Below are positions 1 through 8,600 of a stretch of 64,000 nt of DNA, in pieces. The stretch lies in the NCBI GenBank assembly GCA_947501605.1, contig CANMWZ010000003.1:96001-160000 (forward strand). Reading direction: 5' to 3'. Below the pieces are notes generated by a model that saw only the letters and a list, made by a program, of their open reading frames with translations, was not told the origin of the DNA and did no database searches. The translations under genes were made by a program, and so were the position numbers. The DNA comes from Planctomycetota bacterium. Its GTDB lineage: Bacteria > Planctomycetota > UBA1135 > UBA2386. Positions within the stretch are counted from its first letter, which is position 1, and every line of letters starts with the position of its first letter.

Positions 1-152
1 ATGCCAAAACACACCCAGAAGATTGCGGCGGCACCGAGAGCAATCGGCAGCATGGAGCGCCGCACGATGCGAGCCAGCCGCAACGGGTCGAGCCGCCGCG
101 GCCCTTGCCCTCCCGGCGTGGGTTCCACTGCGGGCGTCGTAACGGCGTGCAT
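1..152 (-). CDS. N-terminal fragment of a probable membrane-anchored protein (runs off window edge)
   Basis: Open frame on the minus strand from ATG at 152: MHAVTTPAVEPTPGGQGPRRLDPLRLARIVRRSMLPIALGAAAIFWVCFG..., a basic stretch followed by a hydrophobic segment. Same strand as and downstream of thiE. Confidence 0.4.
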   Translation of the reverse strand, partial: MHAVTTPAVEPTPGGQGPRRLDPLRLARIVRRSMLPIALGAAAIFWVCFG

Positions 153-196
153 GGGCAGAAGGATCGCACGCCGCCCATCGCCGCTCAACCTCGTGG

Positions 197-859
197 TCAG
201 CGGCGCAACACGGCGGCGAATGCGGCCACGACACCGGCAGCTGCTGCTTGTGGGTCGCGCGCCTGGGCAAACAGGGACATGACGGCTACGCCCACCGGGC
301 GTTGCTTCTGTGGCAGAGCCGCGATTTCGTCGGCGCCCGTAGCCTCGATACCGCCGAGCCAGACGACCGGCAGACTGGCCACGGCCGTCAGCGCAGCGGC
401 AGTGGCAACGCCGAGCGGCACGGATTGGGGCTTGGCCCGCACCGGCCAGATCGGCGACAGCAGCGCAAAGTCTGCGCCCGCCGCCACTGCCTCAGCCAGC
501 TCTGCCGCGTCGTGGGTGCTGACGCCCAGCACGCGGTCGTGCCCCAGCGCCCGCCTTGCCGCCAGCGGGCGCAGCGAATGATGCCCTACCTGAGCACCGT
601 CGAACGCCCCCGCCGCCGCACAGTCGACGCGATCATTGACCAAGAGCATGCCGTCGCACGACGCCAGGACCTGGCGGAGGCGCTCCCCAAGCTCGGCGAG
701 TTGGCGCGCCTTCAACAGCGGTTCGCGAACCTGCACGGTTCGCACACCCCCGCGCACTACCGCCTGCACCTGTGCTTCGATGCGAGCCTCATCGCCACGA
801 CCATCGGTGACGAAGACGACGCGCAAGACGGCTGGATCGAACGCGTGCGTCACACCCAC
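197..859 (-). CDS. thiE: Thiamine-phosphate synthase (ThiE/TenI family)
   Basis: VQVRE, LLVNDRVD, GAQVG, LGVSTH, ALLSPIW and WLGGI motifs of TMP synthase. Confidence 0.85.
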   Translation of the reverse strand: MGVTHAFDPAVLRVVFVTDGRGDEARIEAQVQAVVRGGVRTVQVREPLLKARQLAELGERLRQVLASCDGMLLVNDRVDCAAAGAFDGAQVGHHSLRPLAARRALGHDRVLGVSTHDAAELAEAVAAGADFALLSPIWPVRAKPQSVPLGVATAAALTAVASLPVVWLGGIEATGADEIAALPQKQRPVGVAVMSLFAQARDPQAAAAGVVAAFAAVLRR

Positions 860-1962
860 CCACGACGGCGAAACCAGCCCAACATCGCGAGCGCGATGGC
901 GAGCATGCCCCCCATTGCAATCGGGTAGCCAAAGCGCCAGTGCAGCTCCGGCATGTAGTCGAAGTTCATGCCATAGATGCCGACCATGAACGTCAGCGGG
1001 ATGAAGATCGTCGCGATCAGCGTCAGCACCTTCATCACCTCGTTCAGCCGGATGCTGGCAGAGGCGAGGTGCAACTCGGTCAAGCTGGCGCCGAGTTCGC
1101 GGTAGTTCTCGAGGAGGTCGAGCAACTGCACCACGTGGTCGTAAACGTCGCGGAGATAAACCCGCGTCTCCGCAGTCACCCGCTTGCTATCCCCGCGCAT
1201 CAGCGCCGACATCACTTCGCGAAGCGGCCAGAGGGCTCGTCGTACTTCGAGAAGTTCTCGGCGCACGCAGTGCAGATCCCGAACCACATCGCCTGGGGTA
1301 TTGCCCGCGATGATCAACTCTTCGACGGCCTCGAGGCGGTCGCCAAACGCTTCCAGCTCGGGGAAGTACGAGTCGACGATCGAATCCACCAAGGCATACG
1401 CCAAGTAGTCGATGCCGTTGCGCCGCAGGCGGGAGGTCTTGTCGCGCAAGCGATGGCGAACCGGATCGAACGAGTCGCCGCGATGCTCCTCGAAGGTCAA
1501 GATGAAGTCGTCGCCCAGGAACAGGCACAACTGCTCGGTCGCACCGGCGTGCGCCTCATCGAGTACGCGAAGGACGAGAAACTGGTGCTCCGGGTAGTCC
1601 TCGAGCTTTGGCCGCTGGTGCGTGTGCACGACGTCCTCGAGGGCCAAGCGGTGCAGCGAGAACAACTGGGCAACCTTCTTGAGCAACGCCAGATCGCCCA
1701 GACCGGCGACCGACACCCAGAGCAGACCACTCCGCCCACGAAGTTCGGCGACGCGCTCGATGGCGACACCCCGTTCCTCAATCACATCGCCTTCGGCGAT
1801 CCACGTGAGCGACAGGACTGGTACCGACGCCGAGGGATCGACGTGCAGGGTGCCCGGCGCCGCGCCGATCGCACCCCGCCGAGGCTTGCGCTCCCCAGAT
1901 TCTGCCGAGGCTTCCGCCGTCGGCGTTGGCTCGATTGCCCGACCTGGTTCGATAGACGACAT
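850..1962 (-). CDS. corA: Magnesium/cobalt transporter CorA
   Basis: LHRLALED, QRPKLE, YLRDVYDH, NEVMKVLT, GIYGMNF signature, MPEL, two C-terminal TM helices. Confidence 0.95.
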   Translation of the reverse strand: MSSIEPGRAIEPTPTAEASAESGERKPRRGAIGAAPGTLHVDPSASVPVLSLTWIAEGDVIEERGVAIERVAELRGRSGLLWVSVAGLGDLALLKKVAQLFSLHRLALEDVVHTHQRPKLEDYPEHQFLVLRVLDEAHAGATEQLCLFLGDDFILTFEEHRGDSFDPVRHRLRDKTSRLRRNGIDYLAYALVDSIVDSYFPELEAFGDRLEAVEELIIAGNTPGDVVRDLHCVRRELLEVRRALWPLREVMSALMRGDSKRVTAETRVYLRDVYDHVVQLLDLLENYRELGASLTELHLASASIRLNEVMKVLTLIATIFIPLTFMVGIYGMNFDYMPELHWRFGYPIAMGGMLAIALAMLGWFRRRGWV

Positions 1963-1983
1963 CGTAGATGCGAGACGGCGACC

Positions 1984-3876
1984 CTAACCGTGCCGCGCCC
2001 ACTCCTCCAGACTGTAGAGCACGTTCTGCGGGATTGGCGCTCGCGCACGGTCGTTCAGTTCGCGCACGATGTCCTCGAGAGTCAGTCCTTCAGCCAGACC
2101 CGCGCGCAGTGTGACCTGGTCCAGCTTGAACTGGTGCACATGGTCGCTCTTCTGCCGCTTGGCAAACCGATCGAATGCGTGAACCGCCTCATGCACGTCA
2201 TCACCGGGGAACATCAGGATCTCGAAGTCCGGATTGACCAGCACCGTGCTGCGCGTGCCGCCGGCCTTGGCCGCCGACTCGGCTTCGAGCAGATCCGCTC
2301 CGAGTTGCGACAAGCGCAACGCGACAGGCCGACCATCACGAAGGCCGATATCGACCAGCCCCAGAGGATAGAGCCGGCGCTTCACCCACAGCAGGAGGTT
2401 GCGGGCCATCTGCTGCAAGTTCTCGCTCGGCGCATAGGCCGCCCCTTGGCAGCGCGCAGCGAAGAACTCCTCCACTTGAGCGCCATCGAGTTGCGCGAGG
2501 TAGGCGTTGCGCGCGAGGAACGGCAAGCACGTCATCTCCTGCCACACCATCGGTTGGCCGCGACGCAGCAGACGCAACAGCACACGCCGCATGCGCACGT
2601 GGTGAAAGGACTCTCCAGGCAGCGATCGATCCTCGATGAAATGCTGGAGCAAGAGCTTCTGTTGGTCCGCTAGCGGGGCACGGTCGAACTCCATGCCTTG
2701 TGGCGTCGGTCGCAGCGCGCGCTCGCCGCGGCGGTCGATGAGTCGCCGGAACAGGCAGAACTTGTAGACCAGTTCGAGCTGCGCCTCGGGCTGGAGGAAC
2801 CCACCGGCGATCGGTAGCAGCGATCCAGCGATGCGCTTGTGACTCGCCTTGAACAGGTCGCCTTCGGCGGTGAACAGCACGGTGCTCTGGTGCAGTTCAC
2901 GCAGGAACCGTCCGACGTTGCTGGCCAGATTCGCACCGCACGAGAGCTCTTCCTGCACTTCCACTGCGTGCTTGTTCGCGTGCTTCAACAGTTCTTCGAG
3001 CACGACCTCGTGGAACAGCACGAACGCGTTCTCCATCGGCTGGATGCCAAGGCGCAGCAGCGGCAACGGCGCAACGGTTCCGAGCATCGACTCTTCGAGG
3101 CACTTGCGACACAACTCCGCATCGGGGACCTCGCCGTCGTCAAACTCGGCCGCGAGTTCCTCCCAACTCGACAGGCCGCCATGCTTCAACATCGAAACCT
3201 CGAAGGCGGCTGCAACTTCCTTCGGCAACTTGCCGCGGCGCGATGCGATTGCCGAGCCCATCGCGTAGAGCTTGTAGATCTTGCGGGCATGGTCCGCGGC
3301 CTTCTCGTCGGCGCCTTCGACCGGCTTGCCGTTCTTGCCGGCCTTGGTCGCCTTCTGGTTGCGCGCGCGGAAGTGCCGCGCATCCAAGAATCCCTGGAGC
3401 GTGATCAAGTCCTTGAGCGCACTGCGCGCGCGAGCCCGGTGGTCGATGACGCAACGAGCGAGTTCGGCGGGTACCGCGTAGCCCTGAGCCTGATAGTCGG
3501 TCCAACGTTTGTCGTTGGCCGGGAACAGCATGCCCTCGCGCTGCAGCGCCGCTAGGCACGCTTCGAGATCGAATCGACTCTTGAACGCTTGCCCCTGCGT
3601 CGAGAACAACTGCTGCACGGAGATCACCGAGCCTGGAGCCTGCAGAAACGGCTCGAGCAAATCCTGCAGCTTCCGCGGCAACTGCTGCAGACGCCGCAGC
3701 ACGGTGGCTTCGTCCTCCATCGCCGCTGACAGCGAGCCAACGAGCGCGGCTCGCGACGGCGACTTGCCACCGGCCGGCGCGCTTGCAGCGTCAGGACCGA
3801 GCCAAGCAATCACGGTTTCCCGCAACACATCGGCGGCGGCGTCGTGCAGCAAGGTTCGCAGGTCGAGCGACTTCAT
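1984..3876 (-). CDS. XPB-associated protein with C-terminal Helicase_C_3 (XPB N-terminal-like) domain
   Basis: C-terminus VLVNPDFEIL...FDRFA...HQFKL...IPQNVLYSLEEW parallels the XPB N-terminus. ATG at 3876 overlaps the XPB stop (ATGA). Confidence 0.8.
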   Translation of the reverse strand: MKSLDLRTLLHDAAADVLRETVIAWLGPDAASAPAGGKSPSRAALVGSLSAAMEDEATVLRRLQQLPRKLQDLLEPFLQAPGSVISVQQLFSTQGQAFKSRFDLEACLAALQREGMLFPANDKRWTDYQAQGYAVPAELARCVIDHRARARSALKDLITLQGFLDARHFRARNQKATKAGKNGKPVEGADEKAADHARKIYKLYAMGSAIASRRGKLPKEVAAAFEVSMLKHGGLSSWEELAAEFDDGEVPDAELCRKCLEESMLGTVAPLPLLRLGIQPMENAFVLFHEVVLEELLKHANKHAVEVQEELSCGANLASNVGRFLRELHQSTVLFTAEGDLFKASHKRIAGSLLPIAGGFLQPEAQLELVYKFCLFRRLIDRRGERALRPTPQGMEFDRAPLADQQKLLLQHFIEDRSLPGESFHHVRMRRVLLRLLRRGQPMVWQEMTCLPFLARNAYLAQLDGAQVEEFFAARCQGAAYAPSENLQQMARNLLLWVKRRLYPLGLVDIGLRDGRPVALRLSQLGADLLEAESAAKAGGTRSTVLVNPDFEILMFPGDDVHEAVHAFDRFAKRQKSDHVHQFKLDQVTLRAGLAEGLTLEDIVRELNDRARAPIPQNVLYSLEEWARHG

Positions 3877-5621
3877 CGCTTGGGATCCTCGTTGGCCTTG
3901 GCCATTCCGGTCGCCGCGCCGACCCCGCCCGCTGTAGCGCCCGCTGGCAGGAAGGTAGCGGCCTCGACGATCGCGTAGGCGTAGCCCTGTTCGGTCAAGA
4001 ACAGCTGCCGCTTCTGCGCGAACTCCTGTTCCCGTGTCGCAGGACTCACCAGCGCGTAGAAGCACGCCGTGCCGCCGTCCTCTTTAGGACGCAGGATGCG
4101 GCCCAGACGCTGGGCCTCTTCTTGGCGGCTTCCAAACGTGCCGGAGACCTCGATGGCGACGTTCGCATCGGGCAAGTCCACCGCGAAGTTGCCAACTTTG
4201 CTGACGACGAGCCTCTGGATCGAACCGGAGCGAAAGCCGGCGTAGAGCCGCTCACGCTCGACATTCGGAGTCTGGCCGGTGATCAACGGCAACTGGAACA
4301 CCGTGGCGAGTTGTTGCAGCTGCTGAAGGAACTGGCCGATCACGAGCACTCGATCGTTGGCGTGCTTGTGTAGCAGCGCCCCCACCACATCGAGCTTCCG
4401 CTCGTTCTCGCTGGCGATGCGGAACTGCTGGCGTGCGCCGGATCGTGCGTGGCGCTGGGCGCGCTCCGGGCCCAACGGGACCCGTACTTCGAAGCACTGA
4501 GCCGTGGCCAAGAAGCCCGCGCGCTCGAGCTGCTTCCACGGCACCTCGTAGCGTTTGGGCCCGATCAACGAGAACACCTCGTCTTGGCGGCCATCTTCGC
4601 GAACCAGAGTCGCGGTCAGGCCAAGTCGCCGCCGCGCTTGAATGCCTGCAGTCGCGCGAAACACCGGTGCCGGTAGCAGATGCACTTCGTCGTAGACGAT
4701 CAAACCGAAGCCGCCCTTGTCGAACACATCGAGATGAGTGAAGGCTGCAAGCTTGTCCTTGCGGTGCGTCAGGATCTGGTAGGTCGCGACAGTCACGGGT
4801 CGGATCGCCTTCTGCTCGCCGGTGTACTCGCCAACCTGGTCTTCACGCAGGTCGGTCTTGTCCAGGATCTCGCGCACCCACTGGCGCACGGCCACGGTAT
4901 TGGTCGTCAACACCAGGGTGTTGGTCTGAAGCAACTGCATCACGCCGATACCCACCACGGTCTTGCCACCACCGCACGGCAGCACCACCACGCCGCAGCC
5001 ACCGAGATCCGAGCCGCCGCGATGGAACGCCGCCGCGGCCGCCTGTTGGTAGCCCCGCAAGGCGAAGGCGTGGCCCTGTTGGGTTTCGCTGCGCAGCGCG
5101 AACGACAACGCGTCGCCGCTCACGTAGCCCGCGCGGTCGTCGACTGGATAGCCCAAGCGCACAAGCATCTGCTTGACCGCCCCCCGGTCTGCTTGCTGTA
5201 CCCGCAGGGTGCCATCGCGATGGTGTGCAACCAGCTTCTGCAGTTGGTCGTCGGCCGCAAGTTCGGCAAGCAAGTCCGCCTCGGCGCACGTCAATACGAG
5301 CTCGCCGCTGCCATCCTTGGCCGATTCGAGTTGCAGCAGGCCGTAGCGCCGGTGCCACTCGGTCAACTGCGCCAGTACCGGTCGCGCGATCGGGAAGCGC
5401 GAGTTCAAGATCAGCCAATCAACGATCGAGGCGAGCGTCTCGCCCAGTGCCGCCGCATTCCACACGCTGACTGCCGTGATCTTGTAGAAGTGGACGTACT
5501 CGGGCGACTTCTCCAGTTCGGCAAAGCGCTGGAGTCGATCGCGCGCCATCTCGTAGCCCGGGTGCTGCGTTTCCAACAGCACGGTGCGGTCCTGCTGCAC
5601 GATGAGGGGGGCTTCGGTCAC
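3873..5621 (-). CDS. DNA repair helicase XPB/Ssl2/Rad25 family
   Basis: N-terminal PLIVQQDRTVLLE..FAELEKSPEYVH; Q-motif LRGYQ; Walker A LPCGGGKT; DEVH; GLTAT; XPB-specific RED motif (LVREDG); QRLGRILR. Confidence 0.93.
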   Translation of the reverse strand: MTEAPLIVQQDRTVLLETQHPGYEMARDRLQRFAELEKSPEYVHFYKITAVSVWNAAALGETLASIVDWLILNSRFPIARPVLAQLTEWHRRYGLLQLESAKDGSGELVLTCAEADLLAELAADDQLQKLVAHHRDGTLRVQQADRGAVKQMLVRLGYPVDDRAGYVSGDALSFALRSETQQGHAFALRGYQQAAAAAFHRGGSDLGGCGVVVLPCGGGKTVVGIGVMQLLQTNTLVLTTNTVAVRQWVREILDKTDLREDQVGEYTGEQKAIRPVTVATYQILTHRKDKLAAFTHLDVFDKGGFGLIVYDEVHLLPAPVFRATAGIQARRRLGLTATLVREDGRQDEVFSLIGPKRYEVPWKQLERAGFLATAQCFEVRVPLGPERAQRHARSGARQQFRIASENERKLDVVGALLHKHANDRVLVIGQFLQQLQQLATVFQLPLITGQTPNVERERLYAGFRSGSIQRLVVSKVGNFAVDLPDANVAIEVSGTFGSRQEEAQRLGRILRPKEDGGTACFYALVSPATREQEFAQKRQLFLTEQGYAYAIVEAATFLPAGATAGGVGAATGMAKANEDPKR

Positions 5622-8600
5622 GACTCCTCCACTGTTGTCGTCTTGCGCTTCTTGCTGCGGTTGGCCGGAGTCGGCGCGTCCGCGACCTGTGCCAACCGGA
5701 GTTTCAAGAAACGGCCCGTGTGACTCTGCGGCAGTGCGGCGATGTCCTCCGGCGTCCCTTGTCCGACAACAGAGCCGCCCAGATTGCCGCCTTCAGGACC
5801 CAGCTCGATCACGTGGTCGGCCGCGGCGATGACATCGAGGTGGTGCTCCACCACGATCACCGAATCGCCACGTTCGAGGAGTCGCTGCAGCACCCCCAAG
5901 AGCTTCTGCACGTCGTCCATGTGCAAGCCCGTCGTCGGCTCGTCGAGCACGTAGACCATGTGTTCGCGCGGAGTGCGAGCCAACTCGGCGACCAACTTGA
6001 GTCGCTGCGCTTCGCCGCCAGAGAGTGTATTGGCCGGTTGCCCGAGCTTCAGGTAGCCGAGACCGACGTCCGCGAGCAACGTCAACGACCGTGAGATACG
6101 TGGATGATTGCCGAAGAACTGCAGCGCTTCGTCGACCTCCATGGCCAGCACCTGCGCGATGTTCTTGTTGCGGTACTCGACCGCCAGCGTCTCTTGGTTG
6201 TAGCGCTTGCCACGGCACATCTCGCAAGTCACCCAGACGTCCGCGAGAAAGTGCATCTCGACCTGAATGTGGCCCTTGCCCTCACACGTACCGCAGCGAC
6301 CGTCAGCGACGTGGAACGAGAAGCGGCCTGGACCGAATCCCTTTTGCTTGCTCAGCGGGACCTGCGCGAACAGCTCGCGGATGGGACCGAAGATCTCGGT
6401 GTAGGTTGCGGGGTTGGACGACGGCGTGCTACCGAGCGCAGCCTGGTCGACGACGGCGAGTCGACACTCGTGTTCTTCGCCATCCGCCCAAACCAGGTCG
6501 GCGGTGCCGTCGCGAAGCTGCGGCACGAGCGCATCGAGCACCAGCGAAGACTTGCCGGAGCCCGAAACTCCCGTGACCGCCGTCATCACCCCGAGCGGAA
6601 CATCGACGTCGACGGCCTTCAGGTTGTGCACGGCGATGCCGCGTAGTTGCAGATGGCCCGAGGGCACCCGTCGTTCGCGAGCCTGGGGCAACCCTAGAAC
6701 ACCGCGCAGATATCGACCCGTCAGGCCATCGCTCTGCGCCACCTCGAGCGGAGTCCCGCACGCCACCACCGTGCCGCCGCGCGAGCCGGCGCCCGGGCCA
6801 AGGTCGAGCACGTAATCGGCAGCGCGGATCACCGACTCGTCGTGTTCCACCGCAATAACGGTGTTGCCGAGGTCGCGCAGTTCGAGCAGCGTCGCCAGCA
6901 ACCGCTCGGTGTCGCGCGGGTGCAGACCCACCGTCGGTTCATCGAGCACGTACAGCACGCCCATCAGCTTGTTGCCGAGCTGGGTTGCGAGGCGGATGCG
7001 CTGCGCTTCGCCGCCGGACAACGTCGCCGCCGAACGATCCAGCGTCAGGTAGCCCAGACCCACTTCGTGCAAGAACGACAGTCGATTGCGCAGCTCCTTG
7101 TGGATCTCCGCCGCGATCCGCGCGTCTTTCGGATCGAGCTTCCAGTTGTGCAGCAAGCGCAGAGCCTCCTCCACCGTCGACGCACAGACTTCGGGCATGC
7201 GAACGCCGCCGACTCGGACCGCGCGCTGCGCCTCGCCCAAGCGCTCGCCATGGCAGGAGGGACAGGAGCCGACGCGCATCACGTCGCGGAAACGCTCGTC
7301 ACCGCCCGACTGTTCGTCCTTGCCGTGGTACCACTCCTCGACCTGGCGAGCGAGGCCCTTCCACTTGACCTGCATGCGCCACGTGCGCGACTTGCCGGCC
7401 TCGCGCTTCTTGAAAACGATCTCGAACTTCTCTTCACCGAGCCCACGCATCAACCACTGGCGGTCTTGCGGTGCGAGCTTGTTCCATGGCGTTGACAAGT
7501 CGACTCCGCGTTGCTCGGCGACGACGCGAGCCACATCGGCGTAGTAGCCGCTCCCCGTAGTCAGGAACGTGAAGGCCGCCCCCTTGTGCTTGATGGCGCC
7601 GCCAAAGACCGGCTTGTCCGGACGATTGACCAAGAGCGACTCGTCGCAAACCACGACCTCACCAAGCCCGGCGCACTGCGCACATGCACCCGTGTGGTGA
7701 TTGAACGAGAACCAACGCGGGTGTGGCTGTTCGTGGCCGAGGAAGCCGCACTGCGGGCAACTGCGATTCTCGCTGTAGACCGCCCGGGCACCGGCATCCT
7801 CACCACCCACCACTTGCGCGATGACAAGACCGTGACCTCCGTGAGCGTGAGCGGCCCGCACGCACTGCTCGGCGCCATCGACGACGCGAACACGATCGTC
7901 GAACGACACGCGATCGACGACGAGGAACAGCTCCTTTGGTGAGTTCTTGGGCCAAGCGGCATCAAGGCGGAGCTCGGCGCCATCGAAGAGCACGCGAATG
8001 AAGCCTTGTTCCTGCCATTCCGCGCGCAGCGCCCCGAAGTACGACGCGGCCTTCACCAGCGACTCGTCGCTGTCGCTGCCAAACTCTTGCGGCACGGCGA
8101 CCTGAGCCAACAGGTAGCCCCGGCGCCCCTTCCACTTCTTGCCAACATCCTGGGCAATTCGACTTGGCGACCAAGCCACCAGTTCTTGCCCGTGCGCGGG
8201 GCAGTGCGGACGGCCGATGCGCGCGTAGAGCAGACGAAGGTAGTCGTGGATCTCCGTCGTCGTCGCCACGGTCGAACGCGGACTGCGGACACCGTGCTTC
8301 TGATCGATCGCGATCGCCGGCCCGAGTCCATCCAGCACATCCACGGGCGCGCGGTCCATGCGCCCGAGAAATCGACGAGCATAGGTAGACATGCTCTCCA
8401 AGAACCGGCGCTGGCCCTCTTGGAACAGCGTGTCGAACGCCAGACTCGACTTGCCAGAGCCAGAGGGTCCGGTCACGACCGTGAACCGATCGAGCGGCAA
8501 CTGGCAGTCGATGCCTTTCAAGTTGTGAGTGCGAGCACCACGAACAGTGATGTGTGTGGGCCGCACCGTGCGCTGCGGCACGGCGGCCTTGGCCTTCTTC

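Noticed and set aside
940..2673. Long antisense ORFs (e.g. 940-2673, 17019-18623, 25593-27047, 33810-35234, 52104-53447, 56872-58446)
   Set aside because: Shadow frames of well-supported genes in high-GC DNA, with no recognisable motifs.
1984..5621. Anti-phage defence helicase module
   Set aside because: No nuclease, methylase or mobile context; coupling to uvrA and housekeeping genes favours a repair role.
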